Origin: a virus
Virus record (IMG/VR): IMGVR_UViG_3300020248_000002
Reading direction: 5' to 3' (one strand)
DNA: 64,000 nt
Shown here: piece by piece, positions 23,801 to 29,908 of the stretch
Layout: each line of letters starts with the position of its first letter
Position numbering within the stretch: position 1 is the stretch's first letter
The notes under the pieces: model-generated
Seen by the model: only the letters and a program-made list of their open reading frames with translations
Told to the model about the DNA's origin: nothing
Database searches by the model: none
Translations under genes and position numbers: made by a program

Positions 23801-26800
23801 AATCCTAACCATCAGAAACCGTTTAGGGTTTACTCCCTATGAGAGTGAGGCAGCAACAGGTGGATTAGGACAAGCAATACAGAGACCTGATTACTATAAT
23901 AATGCTACAACCAATGGTTACTATGATGCTGCAAATGAAATTGAAAATAATATAAGATTTATCGCTACAACTGCTGTTGGTCGTGGTATGTCTCAGTATC
24001 CTAATTTGGCATTCTCTGGTGGTTATAATTATCAGTCTTGTGTTGATGACGTTGTAGATTTACTTGAAGCATTAGTATTCAACTTAAAGCACGGTGGTAA
24101 CAACCGTATGTGGTATTCAAGTGAGTTCTATATTACAGTTGGAAATGCTATACAGCATATTAGTAACCAAGCAGCAGAAGTTAAATATATCTTTGAACAA
24201 GCAAGAGATATTGCAATACAAATAATGAGACAGCAGATTGTTACAATTAATGGTGTAACAGAAGGAAGTGCAATATATGATTCTAGTATTACTATTGATG
24301 GTACTAATACAACAGTTGGTAACTTAACTCCAACAAATGTAGAATACTTCCCAACTACAGGTAATTTAAGACTTACTGTTAATGGTCATAACTTAACTAC
24401 AAGTGATAGTATTCAACTTGCTCAAAACTCATTAACATTTACTTGTGATTTTGATGGTAATGCAACAAACCATACATATCCAAGACCATTAGATCCTTCT
24501 AGCGGTGCTTTATTACCAGTTACAGCATTTACTACAAATACATTTACAGTAAATGTAGGAACTACTGCTAACGGAACTCACGATGTTACTGATGCAATAT
24601 ATGAAGAAGCAACTGGTAATCTATTCTTAGATATTGGTACAAATAATCTTAATGTTGGAAGACATATTAAGTTCTCTCAAGATTATGCAATAACATTTAC
24701 TTGCACAAAAGATGGTAATACTACTAACCACGCATATCCTCGTCCTACTGACTATGCTAGTGGTAAATCATTAGAAGTTTTAGAAATTAGTGATTCTGCG
24801 TTTACAGCAACAGGAGCAACATATTCACCTACTACTGGTGCTATGACCCTGACTGTTCCTCAACACGGATTTAGTAATGGTGATCAGATAAGACTTGTTA
24901 ATAATTCATTGAACTTCACTTGTACAATGGATAACAACTATAGTGTACATTCTTATCCTCGTGCTAGTGATCCTGCATCAAACCAGTATCTAACAATCAG
25001 CAACGTTGCTACAAATACTTTTGATGTAAACGTTGGTTCTACAAATACTCTAAATTATACTCCATCAAATGTTGTTTACAGTCCTACTACAGGAGATATG
25101 GTTATCACAATCGGTAATCACAGTCTTGTTCCTGGATCACACATTAAGATTGCTGATAATTCATTAATATTTACTTGTTTAGAAGATAATAATGCTACTG
25201 AGCATTCATATCCTAGAACAACAACTACAATACATCAGAGCACTGCTGCTGTATATGAACCTACTACAGGTATGATGCAGTTGACTGTTCCTCAACACGG
25301 ATTTGCAAATGGTGATCAAATTAAGATTGCAACTGATTCTCTAACATTTACTTGTGGTCAAGATAACAATCAAACAAATCATACATATCCACGTGCTACT
25401 GACCCTGCTGCTAATTCTTGGTTAGAAATTTCAGATGTAACTGCAAATACATTTAAAGTTCAAGTTTTATTATCTACTGGAATACCTTCAACAAATACAA
25501 CACCACACACATATGTTTCTTCTGCTACAAATAATATTACTTGGAAGAAAGATAGAGCATATGATGTTCCTTTAGAAGTAAAAGCAGTTGGTCAAACAAC
25601 TATTACAGTTAATGTTTTAGCATCTGGAAGAATCCCATCTACTAACGTAACTACTCATACATTTGTAAATGCTGCAACAAATGCAATAAGTGCAGGTGGA
25701 AATTACACTCATACATTCATATCTGCTGCACCTGGAGGTGTTAGATTTAAGAATGGACGTATTAAGGTTAATGTAAACCCTGCACCTACAAACGAACAAT
25801 ATCCACATACATTTGTAAGTGCTGTTTCTGGTGCTGTATCTTATGGTGGTAATCATCCTCACAACTTTGTAAGTGCTAATACTAATGCTATAACCTTTAT
25901 TATTGGTGGTGGTGGAGTTCGTTGTGTAAATGAAGCAGCGTCTATAACAACATTAATGGGTATTCCTATCAATCTATTTGATAGTAGTAATACAAGTAAT
26001 CCTACAGCATATCTAAATGGAATTACGAGAACATTACCACTCGAATGGCCACTTACAGGTGAACGTGCTATTAGACGTGACGTTTCTATAACTTACGATT
26101 CAGCAGGTAACGGAAACTGCACCACACAGAGTTCAGCGATTAATACCCTTTGGGAGATACTTATTAATACTATTGATACTGCTGCTCAAGGAAATGGTAG
26201 TCATCTTGCAACTATAACCAGAACTGCACCTGTCACTAACAACACTGTATATAAAGGTGGAACTTGTTACGATGTCACATCTGCTGCACACGTACTATTC
26301 AAGACACTTCTTCACGGTCTTGGAAGTGGCACAGAGATGTATAAACAATCTGCAAGATTATTAATATACAATGACACATATACTCGATTAGAATCATATG
26401 AGAAAACTTTAAATCAATATCCTGGTTATGCAGGAGATGCTTCGTTTGCTGAACCAATACAAAAAGCGATTGTATATGACTTCATTACAAATGGTAATGC
26501 TAGGACTTTACAATTAGTTAACTCTTGGTTTGATGCTGATGGTAATTTCGTAGCATACCCAACACTCTTTAGAACTCGTCTTCTTTATCACGCAAGAATG
26601 ATTAAAGAGTTGATGGATCATATCTTAAAAGGAACTGCACCTGATCCTGGTGTAAATGCTAACCAACCTCTTTATTCACTTGATGGAACTAATCCTGATA
26701 GAGAATTACGTCCTACTGCGACTGCATCTCATAAGTTACATCAATTATTCCACTTAATATTAACTGCGTTACAATACTCACAATTCCCAACAACATACTT

Positions 26801-29800
26801 AAGAACACAATTTGACGCAGGTGTTGCTGTTTATGATGGAGTTATTAATGTTGCTAATAACTTTGAACCATATGATAGAGTTGCTTATATTGTTCTAGGA
26901 TCTAATATTCCAGAACTTGATGGAACAACCTATTATGTACATCCTAATTCAACATCTAATAAGATAGTTCTTACAGAATATATTGATGGAGAACCAATAT
27001 ATCTAAGTCCAGGTCTAGCATCACAGTTACATACACTCGCTGTTGAAGTAGATCCAGGTGTAGATCGTGTACCTACAACTTATGGAACACGTGATGTACC
27101 AACACCAATCAAAGCAGGTTTCAACCTTGCTGATGTTATCTACGGTGGAACATCTGGTGCTACTGCTCAGATAGTTCGTATGGAAGATAATTTAGCAGAT
27201 ATTATGTATCAGGCAAAATATATGACCTGTAATACATTCTCTGCACAAGGTGGTGGAACTGGAATCAAGATTCAGAATGGTGAGACAGTTGTTGTTCAAG
27301 GTGCTACTCAAAATACTGGTAAGGTTCTTGCTACTGATAACGAGACATATATTAAGTTGATTGATTACAATGGAACATTTACAGCAGGTGATACTATAGA
27401 AGGTGTTACATCTGGTGGTACTTGTACATTTGCTGATGAGCACGATAGACTTCTTGTTAATTTCCGTCAGGGTGAATTTATTGCAACTGATAAGTTCTTC
27501 TCTACAGATACTGGATCTAAAGCAACTGCTCTAATTGTTAGAAACAATAACGGTGCACTAATTGATAATCAGAGTGGTAGAATCACTTACGACATCACCA
27601 CAGTAACTGGAGAGTTTAAACCCCAAGATGTTATCTATGGATCTGTTACTGATCAAATTATTGAAATTGAATCTTTTGTTACTCTACCTAATTTTGGTGA
27701 GTATGTACACGGTAGACAAATTACAAGACTTACATATGTTCAGTTAATTACTGATACAGGTGTTACTGATACATTTAATGTTGGTGATGTATTACAGGTT
27801 CAATCTGGTGGTATTAGTATTGGTTGGACAGTGACTGTTACTGAGATTGATACAAATAATAATTACGTATTTGTTGCAAATGAAACTGGAACTCCAGAAG
27901 GTGTAACTATTTCTGATATTGCAAGTAATTCACAATATCAACTTGCTAAAGTACCAGTTGGAACTCTATTCCCATCCGTATATACAGGAGTTGCAGCAGT
28001 TACAATAACAGATACAACAGCATACGGTAAGATTGCTAAGATTACACAGTTTGGTACTCGTGCTGTTCTCCACTTAGAAGGAACAAGTGGAACATTCCAG
28101 AAGAACTCACAAATTATTGGAGACAATGGTTTCAAAGGTGCTTGTTCATCTGCTAGATCTTTAAGAGGTAGAGTACGTAGATTCTTTAGAGGATTTGATG
28201 GTGTACAAAAGGCATTTAAACTAACTCAAGGAAATGGTACACAATACTTCCCAGATCCCGCAGGACATATGATGATCTTTGTGAATGGTATCTTACAACC
28301 ACCTGGTGCTGACTACGCATTCACAGCATTCTCAGATAACATACAGTTTACTGAAGCACCTGCTATAGGATCAACTTTCCACGGTGTATATAAAGGTAAG
28401 TTAAGACAATTAGATGATATATCATTCGACTTTGATTCATTACGTAACTCATTCAACTTAAAGTTAAATGGAGTGTTCTACTCATTGACTTTAACTGATG
28501 GTGTACAATCAAATACAATCTTACCTGAGAACAATATTATTTGTCAGTTAAATGGTGTTATACAGGAACCTGGAATTGGTTTTGAAATTGTTGGTTCTAG
28601 AATTATCTTCTCTGAAGTTCCTCGTGCAGGTTCAACCTTCGTTGCATTCTCTTATGTTGGTTCTGATGTTGACGTTATTGCAGCAACAGTTGTACCACCT
28701 ATTGAAGCAGGTGATGAACTTATCATTGATGGTGAGGAAGAAACAAGAACAGTTGCTCTTATTGAATCATCTAACTCTCTAATTACATTTGAGTATGGTG
28801 GAGCAGTTAAAGGACGTAATGCTTCTGCACTTGCTGAAATTGAAAAAGGACGTATTACCAATGCGATATTAACAAACTCTGGTGATGGTTATAGTACAAG
28901 ACCACAAGTTGATGTTATATCTTCAACAGGATTTGGTGGACGTATTAAGGCACTTGTTGGTGTAGCAAGAATTGATGTTAAGAACGCAGGTCAAGGATAT
29001 TCATTACCTACTATTGTTGCAAATACAACTGTTGCAGATGATTTCTTAGGACCTACAGGACCTGCATTAAATGGTGGTATTGATATTTACGATCCTAACT
29101 TCATACCTGTAACAGGTGGTACTGGAGTCATAGAGAACTTTATAACAATAACTGAATCACCTAGAAATATTACTGTTAACCAAGGTCAGACTGCTACATT
29201 CCAAGTTGCAGCAAAAGTAACAATATCTAATGTTGTTGCTTATCAAATTAATGTTGCTGATAAGTCTGTTAACCATCCTTACTATGGTCAAGGATCTGGA
29301 AAAGGTTATAACTTTACTGGTGGTCAATTTAATTCAAGCACTGAAGCACCAACACTTGTATTTGTTCGTGGAGCAACATATCAGTTTAATCAAAACGATG
29401 TTACCAATGCTACTCACGCACTTTACTTTAGTGAAGATGCTACTGCTTATGGTGGCAATAGTAGATATGAGACTGGTGTTGTATATCGTCTTAACGGTAA
29501 TCAAGTTGCAGACTACGCAACATATGCTGCGGGATTTAATGCTGCTACAACACGTAGTGTTAGCATTACAGTCGCTGCTGATGCTCCTGCTACTCTTAAT
29601 TACGTATGTGGTAATCATCAGTATATGGGTTCAGCAATTAACGTTAACAACGGAACTCTTTCATATCAGTGGCAGAAAAAAGATTATGGAACATCAAGTT
29701 GGAACAATATCACTGGAGCAATTAGTTCTACATATACAACTGCTGCTACTACACAGGCAGATACAAATGATGAATATCGTGTTGGTATCACATCTAACGG

Positions 29801-29900
29801 TGCAATCCCTGTTCTATCAACTGCTGCTGTTCTTACCGTCAACATCGGTGCAACAACACTCAGTTCCTTCACACCTACCCAAATCTTTGACGACGACTAA
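8814..29900 (+). CDS. gp7: Giant baseplate wedge initiator gp7-like protein (7028 aa) with YHYH, beta-propeller, LamG, helical-repeat, nested beta-repeat, cupredoxin-like and Ig-like modules
   Basis: Position after gp6; QIPAFI.E...F...YY.SQE N-terminus; IKDFY.SKGT...LFKILF; IQDSYFYQNFSYVIKS...W......HPVGF gp7 core motifs. Confidence 0.85.
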   Translation: MKSVKVSQRLQDQIPAFIKEEDQSFVDLLVQYYKSQEKSGKPYDILNNILSYTDISSDEYDPNFISSSSIVLDRIGATDQNITVETVDNFLEKDGTIKIDNEIIFYEETTKSPEVVFTPGVNKLEFDKKIQELENIRPLFDGTETSFQLKLLGTPITPSSVEYLRVIINGLQLEPNVDYFLDGSNIRFQTPPANLAGSTTVTKIEYLIGYTSVPVRVLDVINITDDLVGAKILPLRLNTVVYTPLSTVSCLIAVNGVVQEPFTDYTVYNDHLILKKAVSLNDKITVRSVELIAPQFGKGASAIARVSDNKVTDLIVKNGGQDYRINFTPKVTILTPEGVTGKEATAEALVNGIKNVQLIDGGQGYTSANPPVVVFDTPADPSGSIAKATVTVDDATGQVTGINVQSSGSGYDTIPSISFTNAAGATISDAQIDSEGKVVDGSIQVLTKGLHYTTAPEVYIDAPVDPIGIRASAIAVLDDQSRVDRIEMISPGRGYVTPPRCRIIDPIGAQILDVKVSGGKLTDIQLLTGGSGYNDAPSVYIVDNRKNLSGEAIGGTGATAVATIFNGEITDINITSFGDGYSDTEPPQVFIASPKAAAASCDVGFQEITGFTVHSHGSEYQPSQFKNCKRGVSGVSSYDIRGNQVFTNEAQSIQSSHEVGTSIENLDSLFAKTLYERFVNQFLPDADIDYTTINAPQIVKTIKDFYVSKGTKTATEYLFKILFSENVDVSYPKDELIKPSAATWSVDTIIRVELISGNPVDILDSQLFQYADAVDTTVGNAVCLVENVIAINTGDRTIYELSISEETLEGKFSIPYKTTLVEPLTTTESIITVDSTIGWPERNGIIIMGDSERIQYKEKSLNQFIECTRSKNGIVEDWDSGTPIYSDIFCYINRGLDTEVKLRVLGIAEATGTVLTDTGSYYLPSDKLNVASLGSSSTDQRVTSWLYNVKKLISVNNIEPGGLNNQTATVYTTNNHGLLVGDSVTIYGANPTIFNGTFSVTSRISATVFSYQISAPAPNSPQGNILMSVDLNKGKSDEESINNSIAQFTTNVQNTFFNSNYSYIATTGIPNYKVGPFIGSALLPGNQRKLSRFPRIVDTVSRRDDLSFGPIGCWVNGVAVWSYKSQIKTKFGGITSFDIVDAGEGYDAASKPLIEISGGGGSGAAASVVVNGSLFNVDVTAGGSGYTSSPLVSIVGGGGFGATATAVITNGVVSKVLVETPGQGYTSAPTVSISGGNGTGATATAEVRGPIQSISVDTAGSSYTTAPNIKLNSGEGAVAQPIIINGRIVSIAIINSGSGYTSPPNVIINGDGYGAIAKATIGTFGEDKGRVLSITVENRGIGYSTGLTTIRCESIGQGASFTANVFEWTQNLETELSGLMDPSRGYVFAGYNTQYGGEYAHLSDPKQLRYVLGDNVFKDPSSGNLRELSAGLRHSPIIGWAFDGNPIYGPYGYIDAADQSSGIKRCVSSYRVKPALLFDSATNPNPVRADGPLLSDKPAGTYIEDYEYVFQAGDLDQYNGRYCKTPEYPEGTYAYFVSIDASEAGLPVFPYVCGPQLYSRPDEWNYSQDAVQTNIPLDVVRFRDPYEDVDIDIQRTPNQDTDTLVTEIGDEFIFEIEDTNRDGVISTEEENELNYISEEPVLQLFDYYPSVSTRSQVDIEIDTTTKFEDAKISGFVVENPGISYKVNDKLFFDDTGTGGYGASAKVNAVKGIDVSQYTSSMVNDSPLAKITTTGEHDLRVNDEIIVDSIPIIDQTNKTFRVKVVSGVETVNISQQGLGYNDDIPPTYEIVTGTGQDFKLELVQLESGAVNTVNIINSGSEYTPSNPPEVRVSHPQRYKKANYALTLLDESSGIEKIVKLKDIVTADDRTFYVVGEADDVDGDSAGLLAKFNSDGRLLWTRTMAPLQPAAGDKRCVFNRIYLENTSPHSIYVVGETIPNNVNLSYNPDLVVAKYTSGFDAQNNPTAVPVWQREIAGISGSSRRDYISSLTIDDNGQIYVGGTTDTNSPNPDDMWIALLDEQGAIKEKRKICTASGSEQLTDLKFTSDNTCIFVGVNDPAGTSEIIIGETNYDNVTINVSWSRQFGNTGYRFSNPKITIDDYGSRYVTATAYQISNTKNTGVLYMKFAPSDYKTPSVVKLLSPTGVFEDIQSTGVKFDIFGNIDVGAYVKYAFNDHRAIIFKISWNTSNILTAASVKQVSGIGFQPTTISNDNSGDTIIAGNKIESNELAILNFESTITGDETYNNTLTAGWSVDPTLDTSKWKYGAQSANISAAANRLSLDWGADVATNYTIEAWIAIGQAQYNAQSSTPNIFDVAPTTGDNAVVELEGDATSPDFGKVRLKLGSNTYLSTTTTNWTTFNNEAFIHVALVKSTPGVGTYVYKVFINGVEQIDVTSTTIDTQLKSILLFGKSSPVVASSIGGWVDNISVSGIAKYSDTFTPAQAVGSNKTVSAFCYKLDREQTKTGTYTLNTVQTGMQIQVAAAVNDFTFNTQVITSGDWTLGPAGLQILDYADVVSNNVEGTYSFTSTDQIYETRTATIPTPLGRKLLLSTTVIPKFYIRDAIYQSIDTVKTVTFNQTANFTKGSILQQYSVIGGQDVVSAYGTIVNVRGAQGQVDIGNIIGNFDTTKKLKSTANDVNLINQTFLVETTIPQWFTNFSYTTGDEVYNAGKIYTAGSTGVSGASAPIHTIGTVTDGNINWVYTRDAGSFNIDLANTSYSSGTLNQFGSWRPFVATDYSIRIEAVYEGSAFIKGDNIDADAVGLSATFDATGKIITISGLVGVKKFHLTSNLDKDIIPTGALAFTDLVFCVSTSRHNFTQNEIIFVEGFTTTEYGGSFFVEEVLDSRRFLYRLRSTAVQDPSFTSSTIASVNIYAKHPQLLFVRKHQYIFDLDDPSNFGYYMSFSKDNQYKLEYPFVNIVREGIPGLTDQTSPKPLVKFIVDEDVTNISYYFDPSRTLPSNSPVGEASFIDVIETPYKGTFNINQILSDTEFTFPLLVEPEKTTAPLGTTETGLTRASYSTTSLKAIGPIASIKLVNPGGFYQKLPIVTDISSDREIEKIRIISGGTEYINGIYYNVPIAGDGEGGLCNITVADDGELTGVITAVELTSPGKGYTTASIDIDTIPGILGSLLQGSGGQLDVVIPAEGSGASVFLQGTSIGKIKKLKNNEFGFGYSHDYTLRPEITFPVNLQLFNTAILSEIKVTDPGSGYTSIPRVVIEGGGGSGAEAEAIVKNNRLSEIIIKNPGSGYSSEPSVTLKSEFNYVVNLDLGYLQFNFPHGITTGAAVQLRAEDLGSTVGVLPKPSSAGLVSLSSTTTYYAIAGEANSLEADQLRIALTQVDAESGNFITFLTQGDGRQILLTEVFGGQATAIVQTSRFLKGELVYQGSSLETATATGYVSDNEGWQIGPRILKLENYNGNWTVGERVTAQVSRASGLIDNLSIARGTLNIDSMTTTTGQFIDDIGKPSEIVQKIQDSYFYQNFSYVIKSQTPINEWRKSILETNHPVGFNMFGELALAAGKDISGRKVVSDLVKEVNIFSATNINQITSFANSQPIYTEFNNTEVLFRQRRLTNSEEILTSIVKKLDNIDNDFNGVKTQFPLTVEGESVTATDDQLLILINGVAQSPGTAFTTSGPSVVFSEPPKAPSRIKFRNLTFSQINIIRYTFSTTSGIFPQTGKPVRSLQNEGTATVIDSGVDYIDVIDVEGTFQIGDNVLASSSGFDGTLSAVTGLTSKTIYEQGERITNLQGDFAIIEENNLRDGVVDARLVVSRTSGTSEFETGDFNIKFNDTIYSAASKIAARVTVIAPYTDDVSQQIIDTVDLSPPSSFFGLIFQRVPSITYPNTILDNISETVINPEELYEEGTANNQDFLDFEEVRNQEIRYNYLSGSQFVAGDSIRNKQIYYDNASLVGVDDQRSFDAAVLIRKNARFIAEEAVGLMKAFFPSFVVPSLGGDRDCEDDIVDILNIVAYQLEVDGNSEIWDAASTYVQGNAIYHVDGEVAQTIYAFNKARDLAIQCIRNEVINTTTTNLPQYRDPTITEEFAVISNSHGDARDLILANKWFIAYEALHYAKTQNPGYNVSGGDVHCLSDIVDVLEAMVYNLAHGGNNFVYKATKKTLQYGVTSGDRDTIVDAFTKARDIAIEVMRNNAWTKAGSHNWNQVTDTSITADPANPTCQAVASAITTLMNILITNLGSTASPGTVAAFEAAVTETAPSGAYAGYTNSCVNQANAITSYMRIITDTLEDPTGGTPATYQWAITNVPRVLPPYAFVDGETLRCAKHAYRDKSSGGFFVFGDTVRAVTSGATYDVIGSNAGNKWIFSKQISGVLQAGEYITNSKLTYANVSQDKLTFKTDSGSLRFTGSGSYATFPSSNAVLFGDGADAATGDYTMELWIRPASVTGTQRLIDLRESSSDTKLGILMSGQSLRLSIGASDVITVSSAITTINNWYHIAVSRSTSVTKLFVNGQQMGTYTDTNNYNANSKITVGAGWNNGNPFNGWIDNLIIRKGISQYNSSFTPPIIFNDSTDVSFALLGEAPFPMEQSAVYATYVNHIISTATADEVELWRSELTTEGVDLSREEYRICAEVIRKNIDYIAEEAVGRLKYRYPDFVIPGDGGMSGYGSNVCLRDTKSYIIPAIIDDLISGGNFQTTIVGRAYIEGSGALQHIGGEQLQSIYTWREVAKLCIDVITLDEADLEGTYSTKVRVPNYFASPASSQIQTDIMTLVDDLLDVIGPTGHRFRDGADLIYFNRKAIADEAVYYIENKYQVQVGFSTVNKLTIPNRAKCVRDIRDHILPAIAGDLVTGGNFETQAMIDSYLDNETNINYIEDELLAMIDAIEYAKKLAQKAIQGLLIGRNENPAQVAADFSDYYQMLYTDESVYRDDTITIDPKAYTGSDRDLDAANLLQQNAKTIAGEAVDILTKTSFAQSKKFRVPGGKVNCEDDIVDIIESVAHDLRFGGNSETYDAAALYLNTDLALSHVTNQSDETIYAFKLARDMSILTIRNRLGFTPYESEAATGGLGQAIQRPDYYNNATTNGYYDAANEIENNIRFIATTAVGRGMSQYPNLAFSGGYNYQSCVDDVVDLLEALVFNLKHGGNNRMWYSSEFYITVGNAIQHISNQAAEVKYIFEQARDIAIQIMRQQIVTINGVTEGSAIYDSSITIDGTNTTVGNLTPTNVEYFPTTGNLRLTVNGHNLTTSDSIQLAQNSLTFTCDFDGNATNHTYPRPLDPSSGALLPVTAFTTNTFTVNVGTTANGTHDVTDAIYEEATGNLFLDIGTNNLNVGRHIKFSQDYAITFTCTKDGNTTNHAYPRPTDYASGKSLEVLEISDSAFTATGATYSPTTGAMTLTVPQHGFSNGDQIRLVNNSLNFTCTMDNNYSVHSYPRASDPASNQYLTISNVATNTFDVNVGSTNTLNYTPSNVVYSPTTGDMVITIGNHSLVPGSHIKIADNSLIFTCLEDNNATEHSYPRTTTTIHQSTAAVYEPTTGMMQLTVPQHGFANGDQIKIATDSLTFTCGQDNNQTNHTYPRATDPAANSWLEISDVTANTFKVQVLLSTGIPSTNTTPHTYVSSATNNITWKKDRAYDVPLEVKAVGQTTITVNVLASGRIPSTNVTTHTFVNAATNAISAGGNYTHTFISAAPGGVRFKNGRIKVNVNPAPTNEQYPHTFVSAVSGAVSYGGNHPHNFVSANTNAITFIIGGGGVRCVNEAASITTLMGIPINLFDSSNTSNPTAYLNGITRTLPLEWPLTGERAIRRDVSITYDSAGNGNCTTQSSAINTLWEILINTIDTAAQGNGSHLATITRTAPVTNNTVYKGGTCYDVTSAAHVLFKTLLHGLGSGTEMYKQSARLLIYNDTYTRLESYEKTLNQYPGYAGDASFAEPIQKAIVYDFITNGNARTLQLVNSWFDADGNFVAYPTLFRTRLLYHARMIKELMDHILKGTAPDPGVNANQPLYSLDGTNPDRELRPTATASHKLHQLFHLILTALQYSQFPTTYLRTQFDAGVAVYDGVINVANNFEPYDRVAYIVLGSNIPELDGTTYYVHPNSTSNKIVLTEYIDGEPIYLSPGLASQLHTLAVEVDPGVDRVPTTYGTRDVPTPIKAGFNLADVIYGGTSGATAQIVRMEDNLADIMYQAKYMTCNTFSAQGGGTGIKIQNGETVVVQGATQNTGKVLATDNETYIKLIDYNGTFTAGDTIEGVTSGGTCTFADEHDRLLVNFRQGEFIATDKFFSTDTGSKATALIVRNNNGALIDNQSGRITYDITTVTGEFKPQDVIYGSVTDQIIEIESFVTLPNFGEYVHGRQITRLTYVQLITDTGVTDTFNVGDVLQVQSGGISIGWTVTVTEIDTNNNYVFVANETGTPEGVTISDIASNSQYQLAKVPVGTLFPSVYTGVAAVTITDTTAYGKIAKITQFGTRAVLHLEGTSGTFQKNSQIIGDNGFKGACSSARSLRGRVRRFFRGFDGVQKAFKLTQGNGTQYFPDPAGHMMIFVNGILQPPGADYAFTAFSDNIQFTEAPAIGSTFHGVYKGKLRQLDDISFDFDSLRNSFNLKLNGVFYSLTLTDGVQSNTILPENNIICQLNGVIQEPGIGFEIVGSRIIFSEVPRAGSTFVAFSYVGSDVDVIAATVVPPIEAGDELIIDGEEETRTVALIESSNSLITFEYGGAVKGRNASALAEIEKGRITNAILTNSGDGYSTRPQVDVISSTGFGGRIKALVGVARIDVKNAGQGYSLPTIVANTTVADDFLGPTGPALNGGIDIYDPNFIPVTGGTGVIENFITITESPRNITVNQGQTATFQVAAKVTISNVVAYQINVADKSVNHPYYGQGSGKGYNFTGGQFNSSTEAPTLVFVRGATYQFNQNDVTNATHALYFSEDATAYGGNSRYETGVVYRLNGNQVADYATYAAGFNAATTRSVSITVAADAPATLNYVCGNHQYMGSAINVNNGTLSYQWQKKDYGTSSWNNITGAISSTYTTAATTQADTNDEYRVGITSNGAIPVLSTAAVLTVNIGATTLSSFTPTQIFDDD
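24327..25898 (+). repeat. Five copies of a ~100-aa beta module (Y-x-P-TTG...FTC-x2-D-x5-H-x-YPR...HTFV) within gp7
   Basis: FTCDFDGNATNHTYPR, FTCTKDGNTTNHAYPR, FTCTMDNNYSVHSYPR, FTCLEDNNATEHSYPR, FTCGQDNNQTNHTYPR. Confidence 0.9.
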
Positions 29901-29903
29901 ATA
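29896..29903 (+). promoter_or_regulatory. T4-type late promoter variant (ACTAAATA) overlapping the gp7 stop
   Basis: Box ends 5 nt before ATG 29909. Confidence 0.55.
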
Positions 29904-29908
29904 CTCTT

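Noticed and set aside
8814-29900. Inteins or introns explaining the size of gp7 (also gp17, gp18)
   Set aside because: No intein splice motifs or LAGLIDADG blocks noticed; frames are continuous and the extra length is explained by repeats
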